Source of the DNA: Dicyema japonicum
Taxonomy: Eukaryota > Animalia > Dicyemida
Reading direction: 5' to 3'
Assembly: GCA_011109175.1 (NCBI GenBank)
Contig: RDEW01000053.1
Span: 186,001-250,000, forward strand
Length of the DNA stretch: 64,000 nucleotides
Below are positions 37,899 through 51,595 of this stretch, in pieces. The number at the start of each line of letters is the position of its first letter. Position 1 is the first letter of the stretch. A model generated the notes under the pieces. It had not been told where the DNA came from. It made no database searches and worked only from the letters and a program-made list of their open reading frames with translations. The translations under genes and the position numbers were made by a program.

Positions 37899-38129
37899 TC
37901 AGGCGTCCTCAGAAAGGACAGAGACGATTGCGTCGTCCGGAAGCTCAGTCTCAAACTCAAAGTCCCCAGTCTGACGAAGTCCAGCATCAGAGAGACGTCT
38001 GGCTAGGGTCTCCATCCCTTCTTTGGAATCGGAGAACTCTTGACCGTAGATAACGACCTCCCCTTCAGAGACAGTCGGAACGACGAACAATGACGAACCA
38101 TTCCTGCAGACAGATACAGAAGAAGACAT
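37899..38129 (-). CDS. Intronless 76-aa acidic protein of unknown function
   Basis: Clean ORF, GC-richer than its AT-rich flanks. TATATAAG lies about 30 nt upstream of the ATG. No recognised domain. Confidence 0.55.
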   Translation of the reverse strand: MSSSVSVCRNGSSLFVVPTVSEGEVVIYGQEFSDSKEGMETLARRLSDAGLRQTGDFEFETELPDDAIVSVLSEDA

Positions 38130-39194
38130 CGTATAATTGCCGGTAGAATCCCTTATATATTGTCCAGAACGTTGGAAATTTCCAAGCCAAAATTTCCAAA
38201 GTATTTTATTTTCCAGACATATTGATTAAAGCCGTATGACATATTTGAATTTCAATAGATGCTTCAATTGATTAATGAAACGCTTGATTAATTTGGAATT
38301 AACTTGAGACAAAGGACTCGGGTTTTGTTGAATGACTTTCGTGGTTGACCATTAATTGATTGCAAAAACAGGAAATTATCTTGCCTAACGCCTTTCTCTT
38401 ACATTCGAGAGGCAATTAGCTATCAAACTCAGGACAAACCGGTACTGTCGAGAAGCAGAGAAAGTCAAGAAACTGGGCTTGAAAGCGGCGGGTTATTATT
38501 TTGACTGAGAGCCTTTAATGGCCCAATACTTAAGCTAACTATAGCTCTTATCACATGTCATCACAATAGTGCGCATGCCTCCCATGACTATAGTTCCGAA
38601 CTGTACAGTTGGGGGAACAATGTTCGAACTCCCTACTACCGAGTTCATATCTGGGTATCTTTACGTTTGTCCCACAACTTCACATTGCTAAGTCCGATTT
38701 TTAGTTTAAAGAAACGGGAATCGCAGTTAGTGGGAATAACTATAGTTAGATTTTATCATCAAAGTAGGGGATCATGTGTACCAATAACATGCCCGTTTAT
38801 CTCCTTCTGTCATCATTACGAACTGGTCTGGGTGCACAAGGCCATATGAGCTACTCTTTGGCAGTACTCCAACTATGTTTTAGTTGGATACATAGTTGGG
38901 GGTCGTTAACGTCTAAGTGTTGTCCAGACAACTGGGGGTATAACCAGGAAGTCTTTGCCTTTTCTCAAAAGACTGAGACGTCGAGTTATACTCAGAGGCC
39001 ATGTGAAACCCACTGACTCCTCAGTTGATCCTTGTTGTTATTGTGGGAGACAACAGTGCGATAATGTCGGCAGGGGGTCAATATTCAGAGCTTATTAAAT
39101 GATCTTGTGATACCTTAAGGATAAGTTTGATCAATACTGTCCAGAAAACTACGAATTTATGACTTTTCCTCGAAAATATCGGCAAACACACCAG

Positions 39195-39595
39195 TCATCC
39201 GCAGCAATACTTTGGTTGGGGTTGATTCATCTCTGGTAGTTGTAGATGACGTTGGTAGATGACGTTGCTAACATGCTTACTGAATGTCACGTACGTGATA
39301 CCCTGTAACTTGCAAGACTTTTCAGCGCTTGTGTATAATAGGTTTCTCATAAGCCAACTGCTCAGGTGGTCCAGTAAATCTTGTAAACTGGTACCCGCTA
39401 TGTGAAAACACTGGTATCTTGCTGCGACGATTATATCGTCAGCATAAGGGAGGACCAGAGTGTTGTCGCTGGTATGGGAAGGCATATTGTTCAGAAAGAG
39501 GTTGAACAAAATGCGCGATCCGTGTGGGACCACGTTTGACAGATATTTAGTGACAGAATTCGTAGAACGTACCCTTTCTCTTCGTCCGTTAAGGA
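39195..39595 (-). mobile_element. Vingi-like RT fragment
   Basis: VPHGS..LFNLFLN..YADDIIVA; similar to 62750-63040. Confidence 0.7.
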
Positions 39596-39636
39596 TAAAT
39601 AATAAATTAAATAATAAAAATAAACAAATTCAAATA

Positions 39637-40323
39637 ATGGCAGATGTTGAAGTGGTGGTCATTTAATTTAATTCGTTAGTGCATTGATGAAGGCACACCG
39701 GAACCACGTAAGAAGGTAATCAGAGCAGCTGTCATGCAGGTGGCAATTCAGAGTGGATTCGACAGTGTAGACGATACAGCCCTTGGACATCTCTCAAATC
39801 TGCTTATCCTCTGTACCTTGCTAAATCACGCCAAGATATGACCAATCTAGCCAAAACCGCCAATTCCCTGGCAGAACACTGCAATCGAACTCAACAGGTT
39901 CCACGTGACCTCGAGTTTGCTCTAAAGAGCTCAGGGGTCTCCATCCCCGAATTGATCACCTACGGACACTGGGCTGTTAAATTCAGAGGAATCCCACCAA
40001 GTTAAGTTTTGTGATAACTAGTCACGACCACGCAGTCGTCTGGTCGGCTCTTCTGCAAGACATTGGAGAAAAAACAGGAGTTCCCCCATTATATCTCCGA
40101 GCACATGGAACCGTTCCCGGACGCACACACGTACATGAAGACCCCTACGATCCCAGGGGAGGTTGAGGACGAGAAGACACGTAGGATAAAGGTATGTGAG
40201 GAGACGAGGTGCCTGTATGGATCGTTGGCTCGTTTCATGGCGAAGAGGGCCAACCTAAATCATCTGGATTCGACGGACTATAAGGGTCCCGGGTGTGCTT
40301 ACTGTAGTGCTGTGGCCAGATGA
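39637..40323 (+). CDS. TAF8: TFIID subunit 8, 4 exons
   Basis: Introns end at 39679 (donor 39652, 39655 or 39658), 39813-39835 and 40001-40021. Histone-fold GFDSVDDTALGHL..AEHCNRT..DL, then FPHYISEHMEPFPDAHTYMKTP and LARFMAK. Confidence 0.88.
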
Positions 40324-41089
40324 GTTTGAGGGATATTTGAGTGGGTGTAGTGATGCTGAGTATTCCAACATCCCCCAAACTGTGCCTTCTGAGACGAGTG
40401 AGTTGTTGTATAATGATGTAATGGACATGCATAATGATGATCATTATGAGGAGTAATGGACATTATTATTTGTTATTTTGTTTTGCTGGTTATTGGGATG
40501 GTTATTACTGGGGAGTTGGTCTGTTTAGGGGTGGGTATATTGGGGGAATTGTGGTTTTCGGATTGTTCTCTATTGTATGAGATTAGGATGGGCAGTTGAC
40601 TTGTTGATAAATAGCTGAACTGGTGACGTACTTCTACTACAATAACGCCTGCGTCTCCCGTGATGGGGGTAAGCTAATAAAACAGGTAATAATTGGGGGG
40701 TCTAGTTTAAGGATGTTTGTATTAGGGGTATGTATATGATAGTTGATAATATTCTATTACTGATGATGATAGGGAGTTGAGTTAGCTGATTGATAGACAC
40801 AAGGTTGAATATTAGCGAAATATAGAGCTATGGTGGACTGTAACATTTCTGCCATAGGTAATGCGTACTGTCAGGATGGGAGGGGTTAAATGCCTTTGCA
40901 AGAGCTAACTTTCTGAAAGAGTAATTTTAATGGCTAAAATAGCTATAATATATGTCGTGGACATGTTAGTCCCCCGTGCTGCACAGCCATAGCCGATTGT
41001 CAGTTGATTGTATTGAATGAGTTTAACGTTGAGTAGAACAGCCTTTGCAGCATCCAAGAAGGTTGAGGTGGTGATATCTTTCTTGAAAC

Positions 41090-43205
41090 ACGAAAATTAC
41101 AATCTAAAGGATTTCTCTCTTTTAACATTCAATGTCAGAGGACTCTTTAGTGCATGGGAAAGAAAAGAACTTTGTGAAGACCTTTCAAAATATAAGATAT
41201 CAATCGGATATCTCCAAGAGACAAAAATATCGAAGGAGTTTGAAGAACAACACGGAAAGTTTAAGTTAATCTTTCATACTCCACATAGTGGATGGATCAA
41301 TAAGAAACCCGAGAAGATTGACGACTTTTATGCGAATCTGTCTGATGTTTATTCCAATTATGCAAATTCCACATTAATATTGATTGCCGGTGATCTAATG
41401 CAAAGGTTGGAAATCGAATCACTATAGAAGAATCATTCATTAAAAGACATGGAAGGAGAAAAGGAACCTTGTAGGAACCTTGTTAGCCAGTTTTTGTCAA
41501 GCAAATAACCTATTCCTTTGTAACACGGCCTTTATGCACTCGGCAAGACACAGACAACTTGGTCAGGCAATAGAATGAAGTCTGACGGAAACATTGCGAA
41601 AATCTATAATCAAGTAGACTACATTATTTGCAGACAAAAAGACCGCAGTATTGTAACTGATGCCCGTGCTTATGGAATGCAATGGACTCACGGTTTGCAA
41701 GTGATGAAAAGAAAGTGGAAGGGATACGTTATAGACCATCTAAAGAACAATACTATCCAGGGAGAGGAATTCAGAAAATACCTGGATGAGGGATTGGAAG
41801 AAATATCAGTAGATTTGGCACCGCAAATTGCGTGGACCTTGGTCAAACAGAAGATCATGATTGCTGCGGATATACTTAACTAATACACCCACTGAAGAAA
41901 TAACCGCTTTGAAACTCCTTGCTAATCAACAAAAGGCGATATGGATACAATGTCTAAATACAGATGACAAAAATGCGAAACAGCGGCTACAAAAGGAAAG
42001 AACAGTCAACAAAAGAAAATAAGAAACGCTGCACGTCAGATATTAAAGAACGAAATAATAACAAAATATAGAAAATCGAAGGCCTTAAAGACAATGCGAA
42101 TGAAGCTGTCGGCCAAATCAGAAAACTACCAAGGAAAACACTGACTTTACGAGATGAAGAAGGAAAACAACCAACGAGATGAAGAAGGAAATTATAGCGG
42201 ACTATTTTGAGGCACAATTCGTATCAAAAATAGCAAAAAACTCACAATTAACACGGATGAGGGAAAATTAGACAGAAATAACTTCCGTCATTGGGAACAA
42301 ACTGCTGCAAATACTGGAGCACTTCTTAGAGAGCTCAACGATTAGGATGGTCAGGACTGGGAAAGCTTTATCGAGGACATTTAAACGACAATTGGTACCC
42401 CTCAAGGAGATCCATTATCCTCGATTTTGTTTATTATTTATCTGGAGGCAGCTCTACGAGACTTGAAGCCTCATATCGGAGAAGGAACGAGCATAACAGC
42501 ATATGCGGATGACGTGGAGTTTATTTGGAATAACAAAGAAGAGTTAATTGCACTTTGGGAGAAAAGCCTGATAAAATGACTGAATGGTCATTAAAAGTAA
42601 ACACAAACGAAGTGAGAAAAGGACCGAGGAGCACTGGCGCAGATCAAAAAAACTAGGATCCCTTCTCAGTAACATCGAAGATATAACACGAAGGAAGATA
42701 CTAACTAACGTCGCTTTCAACAAAATGAAGAAGATTTGGCTTCTGCACAAAGGGCTTGACCATGAAACTCGAATGAGACTATACAATGCCCTAGTGAGGC
42801 CAATCCTATTATATAATGCCGGTACATGGGCATGTACTAGGCAGGAACTCGAAGAGTTGCATTCTTTTAACAGAAATCATCTCCGAGCACTCCTTCCCGA
42901 AGCTTTTTCAAAATGCCGTCCGAAATCTTATACAAGAGAACAGGAACTGAGCCAATATCATGTGATATTACTGATTCATGATGGAGGCTGTTTGGACACA
43001 TACTCCGTTACGATATGGGGACCCCTGCCAACATAGCAATGGAAAAGTATTTTATCTTAGAGGCTTCGTGTTTTCAAGGCCGGCCGAGGACAACACTACC
43101 GGTAATCCTAGATGAAGATCTTAGGAGGATTGGAAAGTGCCTTAAATATGGGGATGAGATATGCTACGGAACATGGCAACGGATCGAAAAAGATTGGCGA
43201 TGTTA
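41090..43205 (+). mobile_element. Degenerate RTE LINE
   Basis: TFNVRGL, LQETK, QVDYII, GTPQGDPLS, YADDV, KKLGSLL, LYNAGTW and QGRPRTTLP. Confidence 0.85.
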
Positions 43206-44519
43206 ATTAGATTGTTACCCCTACCGACCCCACGAAGGACATAAGTCAAGCAACCGCTTCTCCCGTATGGACCGCTGATACACAGATCGTATCATCCTCT
43301 GGGATTCGAACCAACACATCCTCCGATACTTTCTTATATCGAAACTTTCTGTTTTTTTAGACAATTAAGAAGGGACGACCGATCGTACCCAGTTTGAGGG
43401 GATACATTGACCACGTGGCTAGCTGTGTTAGTTCTGAATGTCTGCACAATCTTATAAGAACTTTTGGTGACTTTGGGAATATCTGTTCCATATTTTCTAA
43501 CTCCACGTGCAACTTTTATGCTAAGATCTACCACCCTTCAAGTCTTCTCGAATTTGATTTGTCTGCTTGATCAAGGGATGGTCTTGTAACTCATCAATAA
43601 CACGTGCAAGATCATATTGTCGTACCCTTTCATGCCTTATAGTTGTATTTTCGGTAAATAGTATTAAAGACCTTTTCGTAAAGCTTACTGGGTAATGTCT
43701 GAGTAGTTGGCATAATTTACTTACTGAGGGCCTCTGGTCGCCGAATGCGAGTTCTGGATAATGAGCCTTAGTTGCCTGGTCGAACCTCCGGCTAGAGGAT
43801 ATTTTAATTAAACTATAAGTGATTTACTTATAGTGTCTCCGGTTGTGATGTTGGAGAAATAATGGGATACCTACGACTTTTAGAATATTGATTTTTATTA
43901 GCAATTGAATCGCCAATGTTCTTGAAGAATCCTTATTGATTCTGACTTTAATAACCTTCTCACCCCTCAAGACGAATCATCCTTGTCCAAGTTCTCCATT
44001 CCGAATACTTTCCATGTTACAATCCTGGAATGTATCCTCGAGTCAAACAATTATTGAAAACCATGGACACGCATGGAAGGATAGTCATAAACTTATTGTG
44101 TGATCCAAGTTCCCATGGTCGACTCACTTCTCTTTTTGTAATCGTAACTGCTTTTCTGAAATCTCTGTGTTCGAGGAGTAAGTTGATGTGGGTTCTTTTT
44201 CAACATTCCCCCGGGGTACTATAGAATAGTCTGATTCTATTGTACAACTTAGAGTCTGATGCTTTTTGCTCAGAAGCTCACTGTATCCGATATCTCTCAT
44301 GAGACGGGGGATGACGGGTTACATCATTCATAAAAAGATTGAGGTAATTAGTAAATAGAAATACACCACCAGCACTACCATCTAACAAATAACTTCCTCC
44401 CCCTTTACACCTCAGCATAACAAAAAACCAACAGTAAGCACACTAAAAAGCGGTGGAACCGAACCTATGGAGGAACTATATGACATTGTTGTATCAGGAC
44501 AAGCTGTTTCGTCTAACTT

Positions 44520-45030
44520 GGCTTATGATTCTCTTGTAGTGAATCCGGAAATTCAAAAACATGGCTTTGGGACGGATTAAACGTTTTAACATTCTATCAA
44601 ACTCAGCGACTACCAGTAAGGCACGAATTACATTAAGGAAATCAGGCATATTTACGCTTGAAATGGACGCTTGTGTCGATAATTTTGGCTTGAGAGCGAC
44701 ATTTGGTATTGATGGAAATGTTTTTACCACTTCCTATATCCTTCCACTGTTGTTGTGAAGGGAATCCCTTCTTGGGTCTCAGATGATGACTTGAATCTTT
44801 ATTTTATAGAAACTCTACGACCTGGTTTCTCTTTTTAACGTTTCATGAAGGACGGGCGCAGTCTTCCTGTTGGAAAATTAACTTTGAAGTCTAGAGCGGA
44901 AGCCACGTCACTTGTGAGGCTGGGGATGGTGTTTGGGTTCCAGAGAGTTCGTTTTGAATTTTACAGAAAACCGGTAACTAGGTGCTACCGATGCCAAAAA
45001 TTTGGGCACATTGCGAATTTCTGCAAGGAA
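44520..45030 (+). mobile_element. LINE ORF1 (gag-like) remnant
   Basis: VVKGIP followed by the CCHC knuckle RCYRCQKFGHIANFC. Confidence 0.65.
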
Positions 45031-46198
45031 AAGGAATCTTCCAAGTGGGATCTTGAGAGTTCGAGTGACTCTCTAATTGTTTTTTTATCGTACCTCGAAG
45101 CATATGCGAAAAAAGTCTATTCGGTTAACAAGAATTCTCAATTGACACCAAAAAATGTTATAGTTTTTTTGAAAAGGAAACAATGCTTGAAAAGCAAACT
45201 ACGTCGATGTCTTGATCCGCATGACCGTAGGCTCATGGAGATCACGCAAGAAATACGCAGATTAGAAAAAGTTAAAAAGATCCCAGCATTTTTCAAAAAT
45301 CGGGTCATCTTTTCTCGATGCTCCGACCGTGACCCCACACATTTTTATATTTCAGCTAATCAATGCGGCAATCTAAGATAACCTTAATGAAAGGTCAAGG
45401 GACGTCTTTGATCATTGGGACGACTCTCAAGTCTTGTTTTTTGATTGCAGTTGTTTAGTATAACGAGGTGTTCGACTTCTGAGTTGACTTGTCATTCTCT
45501 GGTCTCAGAACTGAGCCAAATATCATTGAGTCCTAAAAAGTCAGTTCACCGTAAATGATATGGTTATTAATGTTGAGTAGAAACTTCAGAATTAGATGAT
45601 AGACATTTGGCAGAAAGAAGGGGGGATGTACAGATTAAAGAGAGTGTAGGGACTGGAACAGAAAATAATAGTAATGGAAATTATTTCCATGTGGTCATCC
45701 AGACTGTGTAATGAGTAGTGCAGGTGAAATAAATAAAGAGCGAATCAGAATTCCACTATGAGGGCTGATCACTAAGTAATCTGTAAATCTAACAGTGTTC
45801 AGATGTGGCTCATACTCTGAAATTTTGCAAAAAATCAATAATGTCTTTGGTCAGATGTCCTTTTTTCATAACCGCAAGTTGAACCACAATGTCATTCTTA
45901 TTGATCTTTTACATTACCTCAGAGAAAATATGATAAAACTTGAATGCTACAAACTTTTATATCTAAAATGTGATTTCATTACTTAAATTTGAAAATTCAA
46001 TAAAATGGGAGAGTAAAGAAAAAGCCCAGATGTTAGGATTATCTAATTATCAACCATGTATAAGTTGAATCCCATGGTTAGAAGACCGATGGGATTAATG
46101 AGATCAGAGAGTATTTTTGTCTTGAACTTTGACCTTTATATAAGAAACTTTTTTTCTCTTTTTTTTAAAGAATAATTTTTTTAACAATTGAACAATTG

Positions 46199-46440
46199 TC
46201 AGTTGAGGAAGCCTGCTGCGTGGATTGCGAAAGTGTTTCCTCGGAGTATGGCTATTCCAATCTTTTGTCTTATCCATAACCCTTCTCGTTGATCCCTTCT
46301 CTTTCTGGCAAGCAATCCTCCGAGTTCTCGCAAGAACTCAGCCGTCATTGACCAACGGCTCCCGATGATTCGGTCGCAACAGGAGTAAATCGGTATAAGA
46401 AAACTATATTTCAACTTGGGATGCATAAATTATTCTCACA
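46199..46440 (-). mobile_element. CRE-like RLE LINE 3' fragment
   Basis: FLRELG..RE..WIRQKIGIAILRGN. Confidence 0.7.
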
Positions 46441-46474
46441 TTGTAACCTACTTGCAGGACATTGGGAGCATGGT

Positions 46475-46800
46475 TTATTTATTTATTTAACCCAAGAACA
46501 CCAATAGTTAATTTAATTGTATTAAACTAATTAGGTGATCCCGGCCGTCTCCATCAGGTCTCTCATCTTTTCCGGTGGACCTTCCGAGATCCAACACAGT
46601 TTCTCTGAGGACGGGAGGGTTTTGAAAGAAATACAAGAGGGGTGATGTAAAGTCTTCTAGTAAGACCCAATCCATTAGAGCATTGTAGGAAGTTGGATTT
46701 TCGGCACAGAGCGTCGAATCCCTTCCCATTTTGTCCGATAAGGTCTTCCAGAGAGGTGGGTGTGAGACTGACTGTTCTCACGAGCTTGCCGATAGTCGTA
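46475..46800 (-). mobile_element. Vingi-like LINE 3' fragment
   Basis: Ends CCGGGATCACCTAATTAGTT..TTGGTGTTCTTGGGTTAAATAAATAAA. Confidence 0.65.
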
Positions 46801-47469
46801 GCTGATAGGGACTGAATATCACTGATTTTCTGTTTGTTAGTTCAGGATTTTCCTGTTTTATAAGATTTCCTGTATAATTGTCTGGACTAAAGTAAATACA
46901 GCTACTATGGACGGTAATTGCAGTAACCTAAAGAACCAATAAATGGGCCACATAAAGCTGTAGCACACCCTACTTCATAAGTATCAGCCCAAACAAGCAA
47001 CATATAGAAATAATACCTGCTTATAGAAATCACAATTGCCACTACACATTTGAGTAGTAAAATTGTAATACTGGTGATATGAGTATCATTCCTCTACAAC
47101 TGCTGTGAGATTATGGTGTACTATAATAACAAATTACTATCATTATTTTGAAAGATGTTTTGTCAATATCTTTGTTTATGAATAAATATTTTTCGCTTGA
47201 TTTTTCTGCTTCTTTTTCAAGTGCATCACTCCAAACCTTAATAAATTTAAATTTAACAACCATTTTTCTCATATTGCTTGCAGAAGGTCATTAGATCTGA
47301 AATAATTATGGGCATCCAATAGTTTTTTCTTTTCGGTTTCACTAAAATAGTCGCACTGAGATATATTTAATATGAACTTACTTTAACTGAAAGTAGTAAC
47401 AATAATCCTATCATTTCAGCGGTTATTTGATTTCGCTTTTTATAAATGTTTACCAAATTAATTCTCTCA

Positions 47470-47800
47470 AGTCTTGTTTTTGATGGAGACTGTTCGGTCA
47501 CATTCTGAGGATGGACCTGGATGTCCCGGCAAATCACGTAATAGATGAATATTTCATGGAAAAAACAAAATCATTCCGAGGAAGGCCTAGAACAACCTTA
47601 CCTATCACGCTAAATGAGGACCTAAAAGCCATAGGCAGGGAGTTGAAAACAATGGATGACCTCGATGAACTAAGAGATCTTGCGAAACGGAGAGGCCTTT
47701 GGATGCGATTGGTGCAAAGGGTGGCCGGCGCGGCACAAGGGAACCTTAATTGACTTTTGTTTTTTATGTGTTCTCGGCAGTGCTGATAATAATAATAATT
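47470..47800 (+). mobile_element. RTE LINE 3' fragment
   Basis: WRLFGHILRM..RGRPRTTLP..W, with tail GTGCTGATAATAATAAT. Confidence 0.8.
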
Positions 47801-49369
47801 AATTTTTGTGGTTTTTATTATTGAGGTTTTTTACATAAAATAATACATTAAAAATTTTATATTAATCATATATATTTTTTCGCTATTTGTCCCATCCGTC
47901 AAGTTTTTAAAGATCTAATTTTTGACGTCGCTGGCGCACTATTTGAGGAAAGTTGGTCCAGATACCTGAGACATCTTCGTGATGTGATAACAGAAAAAAC
48001 CATCTACGCTCGCCAGTGTCTCTTTTAGAGTCATAATCTAATTCTCGAGTCATTAACTTTGCCCTCATTTTCAGCCGCTTTAATGCATGATCATTGTTTT
48101 CATAGTAATATACTGGCAGTTGAGGTTCCTGAGATGCTTTCATAGTGAATATGTTTAATGAAAAGGAAGGTAGTAGTAACCAAACTAATTAGGTGATACC
48201 GGAGTAGAATATGTTGTTGGTAATCACTAGGGCGGAAATTATAAGACATTTTTAGGACATTTCAAACACAAAAAGTACAATTAGGACATTTTAAGAAAAA
48301 ATAGGATAATTTTATAGAAAAAATAAATAAAACATATCCGTTTTGAGTCTCAATTTCCAGGATTACAATGTGTCGTCTACTGCAGTGGTTCCCAAAGTGT
48401 GCCTAGAATATATTATTTAACATTTAAATTGCCTCTCGAATCTGCAGATTTTTTCGCAAAATCTGAGAGTCAGTGCGACCGTGAGGTGGTCTATAGAGAA
48501 ATTATTGAACATTGATGTTGATTTCATTTTGGAGAAATCAATATAAGTTCGGCTCTCGAACTGGGAGGATTCCTTTCTTCGATCAACGATACTAGCAATA
48601 TCAGATTTTACACTACCCTCGCGGATCGTAGTAGAAACCGATAGCAGGTTTGCTCGAGATATTTGCCTTGGTAACCAAAAAACGTGGAGAGACATCACGA
48701 CTGGAACGCTAACAACATTTAGTCGATCCAACAGAAATTAGATCAAATCATAAGTCATGCCTACATCCAACAAGCGAAACCATGTGAAGTGGGATTCATA
48801 TAACCTCTATTATTCTGATGATCTGATCCAATAAACGTAGAATCACCTAAATATGCTTAATTCCTTAATAAAAACCAAAAATACATTCATAAGATTGCTG
48901 ACAACTGGTTCATGTAATACCCTGGAAACTAAAAATTAAAGCATATCAACAAAATGCGTTAGCATTGTCGACAGTTTTTGGACACGGATTCTCATCTAAG
49001 AGTGCACCAATAATGTCGCCCGATTCCTCTTCAATTCGATGTCGTCTTATTTCTTATAATTCCATTTTGTTACGAATATTAGTGAGTATTCAGTTTTCCT
49101 GGCTTCCTCTCTCGATCATTTTCTAAGTTTCACTTATTAATTAAAAATTTCATATTTAATGTAAAATTCTAAAATTTTAGACTATCGCCGTCAGATTTTG
49201 ACAAAGTTTAAACTTTCTATGAAAAATAGGAAATGACTCACTCAATTATTTCAGATAAGTTGATCCAAAAATGGATTAGGGTGAAGAGAATGGATTAGGG
49301 GGCATTAGAGAAGGAGTTGCGGTGAATTAGAGAATACAAATTATATTATACATCAAAAACGTAATGATA

Positions 49370-49590
49370 TACTAAAAGAGCATCAGTGGGGTTTTCGAAA
49401 AAATCGGTTTTGTGGAGATTGTCTGTACTGTGTTAACGTGTCAATTGTGAAGGCTTTGGAAACTAAAGGGTGTTCGATCGCAGTCTGCCTTGATATTTCC
49501 AAAGCTTTCGACAGTGTGTGGCATCTTGGTCTTCTTATTTGTCTTGCGGAATGTGGTGTTGAAAAAGAACTTTATTTTTGGATACAAATC
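49370..49590 (+). mobile_element. LINE RT fragment
   Basis: HQWGFRKNR and CLDISKAFDSVWHLGLL. Confidence 0.7.
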
Positions 49591-50272
49591 GAACTAAAGT
49601 ATCTGGCACATATCTTCAGAGATGACCCTGTGTTTACGGATTTTTTTGGGAGACTGTCGGGGTAGAAGTCGGTTGGCATGCCCTACCGTTTCATATTACT
49701 TCCCTCATCACTTAATTTACAGTGCTTTTTCTTTATAACTTACATATGGAGGCATTTTTCGAGTATTACATCCCAACTTGGGTGTTAAATAAATAAACAA
49801 CTCAGTAACGTTCATTTTAAAAATGATCACTGAAGGGAGAGTCTAGTACAATAGTTCACAACCTTTTTGAGAGCACGGAACCCTATCGACATTTTTCATT
49901 TTATACGGAACCCTTATATAGTTTTTAACAATAATCAGTATTTTACTAATATAAAAAAATAAAATGCTAGTTAGTGAGATGGTTGATGTCTCTTGCATAG
50001 CTCTGTAATATTAGGCCTTGTCGAGCTCAGCGGCAACAATTTCCCCGAACATTATCTTCACTACTTTTTTGCATGCAGGCAAAATAGCAGTTTCGAAGAG
50101 AGTATGCGATTTCATATTTTTAGCGGTAATCCCAGAAACAACATAGCTAGCATGCAGTGCTTTTTCGTTTATTTTGATTTTTTTTGTAAAACGGGATGCT
50201 TGAATTTTATTCTGGTCCAATTTACGCAAAAAATATTCTATTTTTTCTTTGAAAGTTCAGGGTGCTTGGTAG

Positions 50273-51595
50273 GTTGTAGGAAAAAAAGTCAAGTGGAAAA
50301 AAGGTCAAGCGGAAAAAAAGTCAAGTCCGTAAGCGGAAAAAAAGTCAAGCGGAAAAAAAGTCAAGTTGTCTTTTTTTAGTTTATATCGCATTTTTGTGAT
50401 ACTACTAGCATCTTTTAATTTTTAAAAATTTTTTCAATACTTGACTTTTTTTCCGCTTGACTTTTTTTCCATTTTTGAAAATTTTTCCCTTATAAATTCT
50501 CGAAATTTAGCGCAAAATGGAAAAAAAGTCAAGTCCGTTAACGAAATCACGGACTTGACTTTTTTTCCGCTTTGGTATAATCGCTTTGACTAAATCAATT
50601 TAAGAATTTCAAGGTAATAATAAAAATTTTTTTTATTATCAAATGAATAAAAATTAAATTAAGGCATCTGAATGGCCATGCTATTTCCCCTAACAATAGC
50701 CAACGAGATACGTTCTCGGAACCAACTAGTCTCTTGCGGATCCTTGGTCACAGCTTGAATCATGGAGCCGATCTTACGAACCAACTCATCTGCTTGGGGG
50801 CCAAGGATTCCTAATATAATAAAATTGACTTAACTTTTTTCGCTTTGGTTTAATCTTTTTGACCTTGACTTTTTTCGCTTTGGTTTAATCTTTTTGACTT
50901 AATCAATATACGGATTTTAATTCCTTTGGAAAAAGAATTTCAACAAGAACAAATAAAAAAACGATTGATAGACAAAAAACTTTTAAATATATGTCTGGAT
51001 CGACAGGACGGAAAAAAACAGTAGGAGAAGCCCTAAAAGCAATTGCATGGAATATTAAATATTCTTTTGATTCACATTAAATAATCCCTTGATTCACGTT
51101 AAATAAAAATCATATGTTTATAACATTTAAAAAAAATTTTAAAAGTAGAAAAAATTATTTTTAGAATTTATTTCCACCACGTGTAGTTTTAGTTGTGGCG
51201 GGACATTTTAATTCATTAACATTAGCCAAAATTAACTATTTAAATAATTTGTTATTCTAAACTCGCTTACTTTTAAATGAAACGATCATGAATAAAAATC
51301 TTAATTTATAAACGGAAAAAAAGTCAAGTCCGTAATTTCGTTAACGGACTTGACTTTTTTTCCGTTTTGCGCTAAATTTCGAAAATTTATAAGGGAAAAA
51401 TTTTCAAAAATGGAAAAAAAGTCAAGCGGAAAAAAAGTCAAGTATTGAAAAAATTTTTAAAAATTAAAAGATGCTAGTAGTATCACAAAAATGCGATATA
51501 AACTAAAAAAAGACAACTTGACTTTTTTTCCGCTTACGGACTTGACTTTTTTTCCGCTTGACCTTTTTTCCACTTGACTTTTTTTCCGCAACTCC
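50273..51595. mobile_element. Foldback/MULE-like non-autonomous element nested in the hAT
   Basis: ~300-bp TIRs built from GGAAAAAAAGTCAAG repeats. TSD GCTTGGTAG at 50264-50272 and 51596-51604. Removing it restores H-F-S-T-K-H-P-E. Confidence 0.88.
50650..50812 (-). mobile_element. CRE-like RLE LINE 3' fragment nested in the foldback element
   Basis: LGILGPQADELVRKIG..DPQETSWFRERISLAIVRGN. Confidence 0.75.

Noticed and set aside
43220-43330. tRNA/SINE fragment with B-box GGTTCGAATCC on the minus strand
   Set aside because: No A-box or second copy found; insufficient support.
48226-48402. hAT-like termini (TAGGGCGG.. and CAGTGGTTCCCAAA)
   Set aside because: No matching opposite termini or TSDs found.
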